Shown: positions 8,202 to 16,590 of the stretch, one piece after another
Position numbering within the stretch: position 1 is the first letter of the stretch
How the letters are laid out: every line of letters starts with the position of its first letter
Virus record (IMG/VR): IMGVR_UViG_3300020172_001601
Location: 186,001 to 250,000 of that record
Length of the DNA stretch: 64,000 bases
Direction: 5' to 3' (one strand)
The notes under the pieces: model-generated
What the model saw: only the letters and a program-made list of their open reading frames with translations
The model's database searches: none
What the model was told of the DNA's origin: nothing
Translations under genes and position numbers: made by a program

Positions 8202-8525
8202 ATGTCTACTGATCGTTCCGTTCCAGACGGCGGTATTAAGGTTGGTCAAGGTGCCACTTATGGCATCGGCAGCGACCGCTACCCGTATACCGTCATTGAA
8301 GTCTCAAGCCCAACTCGTGTTGTGGTTCAGGCCGACAATTATCGGCGAACCGACAATAATGGGTTCTCCGAGTCTCAGACCTACGAATACACCCCTAACC
8401 CGGATGCTTGCCAAACCATCGTGACTCGTCGTAAAGACGGTCGCTGGCGAAAGAAGGGCGATACCAAGGGTGGCGGCGTATTTTCGTTCCACGGTCGAAA
8501 TGCCTACCAAGACCCCAGCTTCTAG
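8202..8525 (+). CDS. phage hypothetical protein (ends YQDPSF)
   Basis: GAGAGG SD, 107 aa. Confidence 0.8.
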   Translation: MSTDRSVPDGGIKVGQGATYGIGSDRYPYTVIEVSSPTRVVVQADNYRRTDNNGFSESQTYEYTPNPDACQTIVTRRKDGRWRKKGDTKGGGVFSFHGRNAYQDPSF

Positions 8526-8542
8526 TCAATTTGGAAAATACC

Positions 8543-8588
8543 AGAGAGGCGACGTGAACTAAACTCACGTTCGCCTCTCTTGGTTTTT
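8543..8588 (+). terminator. hairpin plus T-tract overlapping a class II motif
   Basis: AGAGAGGCGA..TCGCCTCTCT stem then TGGTTTTT. Confidence 0.55.
8555..8583 (+). promoter_or_regulatory. class II motif
   Basis: TGAACT-N14-CTCTCTTGG. Confidence 0.7.
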
Positions 8589-8621
8589 GTGGACAGCACA
8601 ATACTCCAAAAAGGCAATACC

Positions 8622-9248
8622 ATGTCGAATGTAACGAAACAATTCGTTCTTGCGGGTCGTTCGATCTTCACTATTGAAATCCCCGAAGGCTACCGAGCCG
8701 AACATAATCTCAAGCCACACTACACTTTCCGAGTGGACCATAAGGCCCCGGAAGGCAAGTGGAAGGAAACGTGGTTCGTCAAGTACCTTACCGGGTCTGA
8801 CAATACTCGTGACTACTCCTATCTCGGCCTATTGAATGTCGAGAACGGACAGGTTCGGACTACTGCCAAGAGCAAGTTGAACGACAACAATCTTGTTGTG
8901 AAATTGCTCAATCGCACCTTGGCTCTTATTTGGGCCGGTGATGTAAACCCCATGACCGAAAAGGGGTTCGGGCTTCACCATGAGGGTCGATGTGGCAAGT
9001 GTGGTCGGGTATTGACCACGCCAGAAAGCGTTCAGCGAGGCATTGGTCCAGAATGCTGGATCAATATGAATGGTGGGCATTATCCTCATTTAGCTGTCAA
9101 AGGCGAATTTGAGGATCAGGCCCGCCAGGAAATGGAAGCCGAAGATCGTGAAGAACAACGGGCTGAAGACGGTGAATATGAGGCCGATATTGCCGAGCGT
9201 GAGGCCGTTCGGAATGCTTACTTGCATCTTTCTAACGGAACCGTGTGA
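8622..9248 (+). CDS. DUF6011-domain phage protein
   Basis: GRCGKCGRVLTTPESVQRGIGPEC. Confidence 0.75.
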   Translation: MSNVTKQFVLAGRSIFTIEIPEGYRAEHNLKPHYTFRVDHKAPEGKWKETWFVKYLTGSDNTRDYSYLGLLNVENGQVRTTAKSKLNDNNLVVKLLNRTLALIWAGDVNPMTEKGFGLHHEGRCGKCGRVLTTPESVQRGIGPECWINMNGGHYPHLAVKGEFEDQARQEMEAEDREEQRAEDGEYEADIAEREAVRNAYLHLSNGTV

Positions 9249-9817
9249 TGGACGAAGACGAATTCATCTTTGGATATGACAACGACAATCCTTATTATGC
9301 CATTCATGATTATGCTCGAAGGAATGGCTACGGCAAGTATAAGCGTCCGGTCATTCGCAGTGAAGACGCTGTTCTTGAAACCTACACGAATTGGAATTCG
9401 CCACAGGCCGATAAAGAGCGAACCATCTTCGGCGACAAGGAAGCCGATCTGTTCTACAACTATTCAGATCGCCTAGCTCAATGGGACTACGACAAGGATC
9501 GCCGGGCCAATGAATATGCAGCGTTAGTGGCACAGCCAAAAACCGCTAAGTATTTCACTGCCATGTTGTCGTATTTTCACGACGGGGCTGAAGTATCTCT
9601 CCGGCATATTGTTGCTGGCTGCAATCGCTCAAATGGTTTTCCGTATTTGGTTTACGGATACAAGTATACGACAAAGCCAGAAGATGCTGGTCGCCTTGCT
9701 GAATACGACAAGATTCGGCTGGGCAGGACCGCAGCACTGGAACAGGCAAAAACAGAATTCACTGCCAAGTTCGATGAAGCGATGGCAGACGTTTTGAAAA
9801 ATACCAATTCGGCTTGA
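9245..9817 (+). CDS. hypothetical protein
   Basis: GTGA-coupled 190-aa ORF. Confidence 0.75.
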   Translation: MMDEDEFIFGYDNDNPYYAIHDYARRNGYGKYKRPVIRSEDAVLETYTNWNSPQADKERTIFGDKEADLFYNYSDRLAQWDYDKDRRANEYAALVAQPKTAKYFTAMLSYFHDGAEVSLRHIVAGCNRSNGFPYLVYGYKYTTKPEDAGRLAEYDKIRLGRTAALEQAKTEFTAKFDEAMADVLKNTNSA

Positions 9818-9843
9818 ACCAATAGCGTATTTGGTTCTCTAGG
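9815..9843 (+). promoter_or_regulatory. class II motif
   Basis: TGAACC-N14-TTCTCTAGG. Confidence 0.65.
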
Positions 9844-9887
9844 TGTCTGTAACGAACTTAACCCCTTCAGTTTCTCGGAGAATGGTC

Positions 9888-11015
9888 ATGTCGCAGCGAG
9901 TTGTCAATTACACGGCTGGTGAAAAGGTTGAAGAATTGGTGGCTCTTGGCGATATTACCGTCAGCCACAATCCTCGTGCTTCTCTTCGTGGTGTTCTCGA
10001 TCTCTTCCACAGCGACGGTAGTGCGAGCCAGTCGCCGGAAACTCGGCAGGCATTCGTCTCGTATATGAAGGAAGAACACCCGGAAATTGACGGCCTTCGT
10101 CATTCCATCGAAGAACACGGTCTGCTTCAGCCGCCAGTGGTTCGTGCCTTCCGTGCCAAGCAGGATGGTGAATATGTCCAACGCTATGGCATCGTATTGG
10201 GCGAAGGGCGTATTCTTTCTTACGCTCTGACCGAAGCGATTACCGGCGTGGCTCAAAAGGTTCGTGTCCGTATTGAATCTCGTCTCGGCGTCGATGCCGC
10301 TTTCGAGCAGGGTTTGGCCGAAAACCTTGACCGCAACGACATGAACCCCGTCGATCTGGCGACGGCATTCCACGAGATGTTGACAATCCGCATCAATCCG
10401 GCTACAAAGTCCCCCGAAGTAAATGGGGAACCCAACCCGCTGTATTCTTCTGACAGCCCGAAGGGTCGCCCATATACGCTCAAGGAACTGGCCGAACGTG
10501 TCAATAAGACATATTGGTGGGTTCGGGATCACGAAGCGATTTCGTACCTCCCGGATAACCTGAAGTCACAGTGTATCAAGTCGTGGCAGTCGGGCAAGCG
10601 CAATGTCACCCGGTTCTGCAAGTTGGGATTGAAGTACAAGGCTCAGGTCACGGGACAGCCGGAAGAAACCGGGCTTGACAGCCAGACTGGAACAAACGAT
10701 ACTGTTGTCGCAAATGACGGAACCACGACGCAACTTGTCGGAACTTCGTCGGAAACAACCCAGGTTACGCAGCTTACCGCTGCCGTGGAAACTTCGATTT
10801 CCCTCGAACCTGCACAACGTCGTCGTGTCCTTAGTCTGAAGTCGGTGGTGGGACTGTTCGACGGAACGGCATTGGAAAACAAGGAGCGGCTGGCAACGCT
10901 GGCTGAAGTGATGGGAATCACGCTTGAAGAAGCACTGACCGAACGAGATTTACGTCTCGCTAATCAGGCCGATACCCAGGCTCGCAAGCAGCAGCGACAA
11001 CTGGCAACTGCTTGA
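9888..11015 (+). CDS. ParB/RepB/Spo0J family protein
   Basis: NPRA, LRHSIEEHGLLQPPVVR, GEGR, AENLDRNDMNPVD, HTH YTLKELAERVNKT; GGAG SD 7 nt before ATG 9888. Confidence 0.8.
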   Translation: MSQRVVNYTAGEKVEELVALGDITVSHNPRASLRGVLDLFHSDGSASQSPETRQAFVSYMKEEHPEIDGLRHSIEEHGLLQPPVVRAFRAKQDGEYVQRYGIVLGEGRILSYALTEAITGVAQKVRVRIESRLGVDAAFEQGLAENLDRNDMNPVDLATAFHEMLTIRINPATKSPEVNGEPNPLYSSDSPKGRPYTLKELAERVNKTYWWVRDHEAISYLPDNLKSQCIKSWQSGKRNVTRFCKLGLKYKAQVTGQPEETGLDSQTGTNDTVVANDGTTTQLVGTSSETTQVTQLTAAVETSISLEPAQRRRVLSLKSVVGLFDGTALENKERLATLAEVMGITLEEALTERDLRLANQADTQARKQQRQLATA

Positions 11016-11033
11016 AATAAACCAAGAGAGCGC

Positions 11034-11062
11034 TGAACCAAACGGCATCGGCGCTCTCTTGG
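11034..11062 (+). promoter_or_regulatory. class II motif inside a 14-bp perfect inverted repeat (11020-11064), upstream of sigma gene
   Basis: AACCAAGAGAGCGC-TGAACC...-GCGCTCTCTTGGTT. Confidence 0.75.
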
Positions 11063-11089
11063 TTCATAGGATGACCGAACTTAATCAGG

Positions 11090-12145
11090 ATGAATCCCCA
11101 ACCGTCAAAGGAGAAGATCGTGGACTTTCAAGAAATTCCTTACGTCAAGTTGTCAGGTGGCCAGAAGAAGAAAGCCCTCGAAATTCTTGGTCGTGGAAAC
11201 GTCCTCTTGAAGAAGTGGGCTGCGTTCTTCCCACCGAAGAAGTATCGCCTGTTTCGCAACGCAGTGATGGAAGGCAGCACGAACCCTCAGCACGATGGCA
11301 AGGCGGCGATCCCGTCCAATATGCTGAAAGAGTTCCACTCGGACTTACCGTTCATGACGGCGATCCGTCACAACAAATACGATGATCTCGACGGTCGTTC
11401 TGTCGAACAGGCGATCCTCGAAGGGTTCAGCGCTCTCGCCAAACGGCACGCCCGCAAGTGGTCACTCGAAGGTGATCCGGTCGGATTGACCAAGCAAGAC
11501 TTCCTACAGGAAGCCTACATGCAGGTCATCGAAGCGATGTACTCGTGGATGCCCGAACACAATGTCGATATTTCGACGTTCATTTGGGTGTCGTTGAAGA
11601 ACCGGATGAGCAATGTCGTCAACCAACAGGGCAATATGCTCTGTCCGTTGACCAACTCCGACTTGGAGTTGATGAGCCGATTCGAGCAGACGAAGCGTGG
11701 TATGCCACAGTATGTCACGTTCGATCAGATCATCAACCAACTTGGGTTGTCGGCTGAAGAAGGGAAGCATCTGAATACGCTGTTGACTCGTGTATTCGCC
11801 GAGAATCAGTTGGGTGGTCAACAGGGCGATCAGCACGACGATATGAGCGCCACGGGCAACGATTACACCGGGCATCGTGTTGGTGTGGATCGTGAGTCGG
11901 AAACCGAAACCGTTCTGCAAGAGCAGCACGTCTTCGATACTCTGAGCCGGGCTGGACTGTCGGTACTGGAACGACAAGTGATTGAAGCGGCGATGGAACC
12001 ATTCCACGGATGGCAGACTGAATTCGCCAAGACACACATCAATCCGGCTACCAACAAGCCATACTCACGAATGAGAATCACACAGGTTCTCGAAATGGCA
12101 CGAGAAAAGGTCGCAAAGACCTTAGAGCGACAAGAAGCGGCCTAA
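11090..12145 (+). CDS. sigma70-family RNA polymerase sigma factor
   Basis: Region 2-like DFLQEAYMQVIEAMYSW..ISTFIWVSLKNRM; region 4-like LSVLERQVI..YSRMRITQVLEMAREKV; alternative GTG start 11120 with AAGGAG SD. Confidence 0.85.
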   Translation: MNPQPSKEKIVDFQEIPYVKLSGGQKKKALEILGRGNVLLKKWAAFFPPKKYRLFRNAVMEGSTNPQHDGKAAIPSNMLKEFHSDLPFMTAIRHNKYDDLDGRSVEQAILEGFSALAKRHARKWSLEGDPVGLTKQDFLQEAYMQVIEAMYSWMPEHNVDISTFIWVSLKNRMSNVVNQQGNMLCPLTNSDLELMSRFEQTKRGMPQYVTFDQIINQLGLSAEEGKHLNTLLTRVFAENQLGGQQGDQHDDMSATGNDYTGHRVGVDRESETETVLQEQHVFDTLSRAGLSVLERQVIEAAMEPFHGWQTEFAKTHINPATNKPYSRMRITQVLEMAREKVAKTLERQEAA

Positions 12146-12164
12146 CCGATGATGGGTCAAAGAG

Positions 12165-12193
12165 AAAGCCGGGGATAAAACCCCGGCTTTTTT
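12165..12193 (+). terminator. intrinsic terminator
   Basis: AAAGCCGGGG-ATAAAA-CCCCGGCTTT TTT. Confidence 0.9.
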
Positions 12194-12202
12194 ATTGCGC
12201 CG

Positions 12203-12231
12203 TGAACTAAAGAGAGGTTTGACTCTCTAGG
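12203..12231 (+). promoter_or_regulatory. class II motif, likely leaderless mRNA
   Basis: TGAACT-N14-CTCTCTAGG, ATG 5 nt later. Confidence 0.7.
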
Positions 12232-12236
12232 ATTTT

Positions 12237-12929
12237 ATGAACTACCAAATCATCACCGACGAAGCCAAGCTGGACGAATTCATCAGCTTCCTGCCCGATA
12301 TTGAAGACACAGAGGTTTACTACCTCTGTCTATTCGGTCGGCACAAGTATGCTGCTGAGTTTCCCAATACAAAAGACAGTGGGCAACTGGCTCGTATTGC
12401 TTCTCGTAAGAGTGATCTCAAAGAGAAGATTCGTCGGCTGGAATCCCCGCTGGGTTCTTTCTCACGGGACGGTGCTGTGGCTCCGCAGGAAGCATTGGCT
12501 GTCTATATCGGCCTGAACCCCAGGTCGCTTATTCAGGCCAATAAGAAGCTATTGGTTGAATTGGCGACTCGTATTGCCGAAGGCGATCTGAGTTTCAATC
12601 CGATCTCTGCCGCAACCACCGAAATTCATCGTGCCGTTTCTCGTAAGTTCTTTGTGGACTTCGACTACGATCATGTTGAGCCTGCTGATTATCTTCCCAA
12701 AATCAAGGAAATTCTGCCTGCCGGGGCTTATAAAGTCCTGAAAACACGGGGCGGTTTTCACCTGATTATTGAATTGGCGAAGATGAATAAGCCTCTCAAG
12801 AAGGATTGGCATAAGCTATTGGCTTCTCTGCCAAATTGTGATGTTCGAGGGTCTAAGAATCTGACCCCGGTTCCCGGATGTACACAGGGAGGTTTCACGC
12901 CGTATTTTGTCGCCTTGAACCAAGAGTGA
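12237..12929 (+). CDS. hypothetical protein with AEP primase-like motifs
   Basis: FFVDFDYD (hhhDhD) and KTRGGFHL (sxH-type) motifs. Confidence 0.45.
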   Translation: MNYQIITDEAKLDEFISFLPDIEDTEVYYLCLFGRHKYAAEFPNTKDSGQLARIASRKSDLKEKIRRLESPLGSFSRDGAVAPQEALAVYIGLNPRSLIQANKKLLVELATRIAEGDLSFNPISAATTEIHRAVSRKFFVDFDYDHVEPADYLPKIKEILPAGAYKVLKTRGGFHLIIELAKMNKPLKKDWHKLLASLPNCDVRGSKNLTPVPGCTQGGFTPYFVALNQE

Positions 12930-12944
12930 ACTTCGCTCTCTTGG
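12916..12944 (+). promoter_or_regulatory. class II motif
   Basis: TGAACC-N14-CTCTCTTGG in CCAAGAG/CTCTTGG stem. Confidence 0.65.
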
Positions 12945-12945
12945 C

Positions 12946-12952
12946 CTATATA
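12946..12952 (+). promoter_or_regulatory. class III (late-type) motif CTATATA
   Basis: 5 nt before ATG 12958. Confidence 0.6.
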
Positions 12953-12957
12953 CCAAC

Positions 12958-13596
12958 ATGATGACCTTCAAGGAATTTTTAATGGCCGACACCGTAAACC
13001 TTCGGGAAGTTGCCCTGTTTGACTCGCCGTCTTTGTTCAAGGAAATGGCCGTTCTGAACCAGAACGCTATTGCCAAGACTCAGACGGCGATGCAATTCAT
13101 TCATAACAACAATATCCCCGGTGTCATTATCGGCGGTATTGCCGTCGCCAACTATACCCATGACCGGGCGCTGACCCCGGACGTGGATTTTTTGACGCCC
13201 AATATCGCTGGTTTGAAGACCCTGCTACAACAGCAGAATATTCCTTTCCAGCCATTAGCTTCCAGTGGTGAGTTTGGTGGTATCTATGTTCCGTCGCTCG
13301 ATGCCGACTTCTTGGACGTGTCCGAGGGCAATGTCGGATTGAACCGTTATATCATGCAGACCGCTACGACTGCCAAAATTGGTGGCGTGTCTTTCCCGAT
13401 TATTGACGCAGCAGTATTGACCATCATGAAGTTCATTATCGGTCGTGACAAAGATCAGACTGATGCCTTCAAACTGCTGCCTACTGTGCCGAAGGCGACT
13501 CTCAAGACTCACCTGAAGGCGTTGGGTCGATACTTGCCGGAAGACATGAATGCACAAACGATCTGGAGCTATGCCAAGGCAATGTCTCCAGGTTAA
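12958..13596 (+). CDS. nucleotidyltransferase (Pol-beta fold) with capsid-targeting-like N-terminus MMTFKEFL
   Basis: VIIGGIAV..RALTPDVDFL and K..GRDKDQTD motifs. Confidence 0.75.
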   Translation: MMTFKEFLMADTVNLREVALFDSPSLFKEMAVLNQNAIAKTQTAMQFIHNNNIPGVIIGGIAVANYTHDRALTPDVDFLTPNIAGLKTLLQQQNIPFQPLASSGEFGGIYVPSLDADFLDVSEGNVGLNRYIMQTATTAKIGGVSFPIIDAAVLTIMKFIIGRDKDQTDAFKLLPTVPKATLKTHLKALGRYLPEDMNAQTIWSYAKAMSPG

Positions 13597-13597
13597 T

Positions 13598-13626
13598 TTT
13601 ACAGTTCCCTTATTCTGTGGTAAAAT
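13598..13626 (+). promoter_or_regulatory. class I promoter
   Basis: TTTACA-N17-TAAAAT. Confidence 0.75.
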
Positions 13627-13646
13627 CCCAAATAAGGGGCATTGCG

Positions 13647-14465
13647 ATGCCTTTTTCAAATGCTCAAGAAAGACCAACAATGCCTTCGATCCATATCAGC
13701 AATTTCGTGCGCCGTCAGACCGTTCAAAGCGGTTTCTCTCATTGGACTCTCACTGACGAGGAATTGCTGGCACGCATTCAGGCCAACTTCGACAAAGCCA
13801 AGCCGGGCTATCGGCCCGATGTATTGCTTGTGCCTATTGAGCCAGACGGCTTCTTCAGCAGCACTGTATTGCTCCGTGAGGGCGACAAGTTCGTGGGCGA
13901 GTATGTTGCTCGCAAGGCCGGGGAAGACCCCCGCAAGTCCACCTACGTCGTCTCCAACAGCCTTGGCGAGCCTGTAGAGAAGATTGAGGCAGTTCGTGTC
14001 GATGTTGTTCTCTATTCGCACGCTGCACTGGCCGAAAACAACGAGAATGACACTGACGCTGACTATGAAATCATTAGCGTCAATGCCAGCGCCACGGACG
14101 AAGAGGCTCCGATTCCTACTGGTGCATTGATTGCTAACCACTTGCAACTGAGTGGTGGGACTTCTACCAAAATGACCGACACTGAATTTGTGGAATTGCT
14201 CCGCAAATCAGTGATGTACTGGAAAGACAAGTCACTGGCTTGCCCCGAACATCTGAAGCCGCCGAAGGATGATCGCATTGATCGAATCAACGGTTTTATG
14301 CAAGAAACCGTTGCCCGGCTTTATGATGATATTGAAAAGTTGGGGACCAAGGTTCAAGATGAATTAGGGCATTTGCTGCCTCAGCCGCAGAACGACCGAG
14401 AACGGGTAATGTTCCTGTCTGGTCAGATTAGTTTGGGATTGTTCGTTCAGGGAGCTACGTCGTGA
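13647..14465 (+). CDS. DUF3228 family protein
   Basis: FVRRQ, GYRPDVLLVP, ARKAGEDP, DVVLYSHAALAE, YEIISVNA, GGTS. Confidence 0.7.
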   Translation: MPFSNAQERPTMPSIHISNFVRRQTVQSGFSHWTLTDEELLARIQANFDKAKPGYRPDVLLVPIEPDGFFSSTVLLREGDKFVGEYVARKAGEDPRKSTYVVSNSLGEPVEKIEAVRVDVVLYSHAALAENNENDTDADYEIISVNASATDEEAPIPTGALIANHLQLSGGTSTKMTDTEFVELLRKSVMYWKDKSLACPEHLKPPKDDRIDRINGFMQETVARLYDDIEKLGTKVQDELGHLLPQPQNDRERVMFLSGQISLGLFVQGATS

Positions 14466-15082
14466 AGACTACAGAGGTTGGCGTGGTTTGTTCTTCGTCA
14501 TTTTGCAAGAAAGTTCGTGGCAAGGGCGCAAAGCCTTGGCGATGCTGTAATCAGTGTGGCTCTCCCGTTTGTTTCAATTGTCGAGGGAGTCATATTCCTG
14601 AAGAAGAAATTCTATGCAACGCTTGTGATAAGATTGCATATGAACAAAAAGTCGCTTTAAGAAAAGCGACTCCTGTGGAATGCAAAGGGTGCAAAGCAAA
14701 TGTACTCCCCGATGAAACAAAGACGCATTATTTTCTTGGCACACACGGATTTCAACTTTGTAAATCCTGCATTCAGGTTGTCGAAAATGTTCGTGACTTC
14801 GAGGCGAAAGAAAGCAGGAAGTTAAAAGCCCAGCCCGGTCTAGTGGAAGTTACTTATGGAATTTGTCAACCAAAAGAAGACGGCGGCACAGGCTATGCTT
14901 ACCGTAAAGGCAATCTCGATTTGCAACTTGGAGACATTGTTCTGCTTCCTCCTACTTGCCTGGATCGAGAAATAAATGGCAAGTACGACAACCACGAGGG
15001 AACGGTGGTGTCCACTTACTCGGACTATTCTGGAATTGCTTCATCAATCGTTGGATTGGTAAGAAAGGCACAAAATGGCTGA
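14462..15082 (+). CDS. Cys-rich (multiple CxxC) hypothetical protein
   Basis: Several CxxC pairs; GGAG SD. Confidence 0.7.
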   Translation: MKTTEVGVVCSSSFCKKVRGKGAKPWRCCNQCGSPVCFNCRGSHIPEEEILCNACDKIAYEQKVALRKATPVECKGCKANVLPDETKTHYFLGTHGFQLCKSCIQVVENVRDFEAKESRKLKAQPGLVEVTYGICQPKEDGGTGYAYRKGNLDLQLGDIVLLPPTCLDREINGKYDNHEGTVVSTYSDYSGIASSIVGLVRKAQNG

Positions 15083-15617
15083 TACTATTCCAACACGCAT
15101 CGTAGTTAATGGTCAAGAAATGACCCTCGATGCCGCTCCACGTTTCACTTGTATTGTTCATCAGCAGGGCTTCCGGGTAAACATCCCGGAGTTCGTTGAG
15201 ATCAATAGTCGCAATACTATTGAGTGCATGGAGAAGATGAGTCAACGTGCCTGGGAGCATATCAGCACCGGGCAATTGTTTCAGGTTCTTTTTCGTGAAA
15301 TCTTCCCCGAAGAAGATTGTTCTGTGCCGATCCCAGCAACTATTGCCGAGTTGAATGCTGGTGACTTTGGTGTTGTCCACGCAGCCGGGATGATTACATT
15401 GGGCTGTGAAGCCATCTTTGAGGGCAAGACCAAACTGTTCTTTCGCACGCCAGAAGATCATCTTCACCCGAAGGCCGAACGTCGTATCATCGGAATGTTC
15501 AGAAAGATGCAAGAGCTATTGGCTCCTGATGAAGAAGCCGGAGTAGCTACTACTGAGTCACCAGATGATGAAGATGGCGACGAAGACGCCATTGAATCAG
15601 AACAGAAGGATACATAG
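15075..15617 (+). CDS. hypothetical protein, acidic tail
   Basis: Overlap-coupled 180-aa ORF. Confidence 0.7.
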   Translation: MADTIPTRIVVNGQEMTLDAAPRFTCIVHQQGFRVNIPEFVEINSRNTIECMEKMSQRAWEHISTGQLFQVLFREIFPEEDCSVPIPATIAELNAGDFGVVHAAGMITLGCEAIFEGKTKLFFRTPEDHLHPKAERRIIGMFRKMQELLAPDEEAGVATTESPDDEDGDEDAIESEQKDT

Positions 15618-15621
15618 TGTT

Positions 15622-16500
15622 GTGTCAAATCAACAAAAAATCCGCAGTGACATTTCTGATCGGGTGCTAGAAGCACTCAAGGCTGGCGCACCGCCTTGGC
15701 GTTCTAAGTACAACCGTGGATTCCCTACGAACCCTCAAACGGGTCGTAAGTTCACAGGCATCAATCCACTTATATTGGATGCCGTCGCTGATAAACACAA
15801 ATACCGTAGCAGGTATTGGGCCACTTATCATCAATGGCATGTATTGGGCATTCAGGTGCCTAAGCGTCCAGCAAACATTGAGGCTGGCGACTTCGGCATC
15901 TGTATCGTCAATTGGCAATCGTTTGTCAAGACGGTTGACCGAGGCGACATTCTACGAATGGAGCGATTTCCATTATTGCAAACACACTTGGTATTCAATG
16001 CCGAGCAGTGCTTTGGTAAGACCTGTGGGAAATATCTAATCCTCAAGGAAAACACACAAGAGCCGGATTACACCCAGGCCGAGGCCATTATTGAGGCGAC
16101 ACGGGCCAATATCCGTGAACATGGTTCCGTTAGGAAGCCTCGATATGATCGCCCTACGGATCGCATTCTCTTTCCGACTCGGAAGAACTTCTTGAATGAT
16201 GCCCAATATTGGGCAACCAAATTTCATGAAGTAATTCACTGGACAGAAGGTCGCATTGGGTGGGTTGGCACTGTCGATCAGGGCGAGTTGATTGCAGAAA
16301 TCGCCACTGGCTATCTGGAATCGGAATTGGCTCTGCCGCACGACATGGATACGGCAAACCACGACAAGTGGATGCCGACGTGGATTGAAAACATCGAGAA
16401 GAATCCCAAGTATCTCTTTGATGCAGCGGCCCAGGCCGCTCGTGCCGTGGATTATATCCTTGGCTTCACTAGAGTTCAGGAACGAGAAGACGTGATTTGA
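15622..16500 (+). CDS. ardC: ArdC-like antirestriction ssDNA-binding protein with zincin-like C-domain
   Basis: LKAGAPPWR..NPQTGRKFTGIN..WATYHQW; FHEVIHWT..ELIAEI; start approximate. Confidence 0.85.
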   Translation: MSNQQKIRSDISDRVLEALKAGAPPWRSKYNRGFPTNPQTGRKFTGINPLILDAVADKHKYRSRYWATYHQWHVLGIQVPKRPANIEAGDFGICIVNWQSFVKTVDRGDILRMERFPLLQTHLVFNAEQCFGKTCGKYLILKENTQEPDYTQAEAIIEATRANIREHGSVRKPRYDRPTDRILFPTRKNFLNDAQYWATKFHEVIHWTEGRIGWVGTVDQGELIAEIATGYLESELALPHDMDTANHDKWMPTWIENIEKNPKYLFDAAAQAARAVDYILGFTRVQEREDVI

Positions 16501-16506
16501 TCTGGT

Positions 16507-16535
16507 TTTACAACAGACTTTTTCCGTGGTATAAT
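16507..16535 (+). promoter_or_regulatory. class I promoter
   Basis: TTTACA-N17-TATAAT. Confidence 0.8.
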
Positions 16536-16590
16536 CTGTCGTTTTCCCCTTGAACATAGACATTGGACTATAACCAAAAGACAAGGTGCT

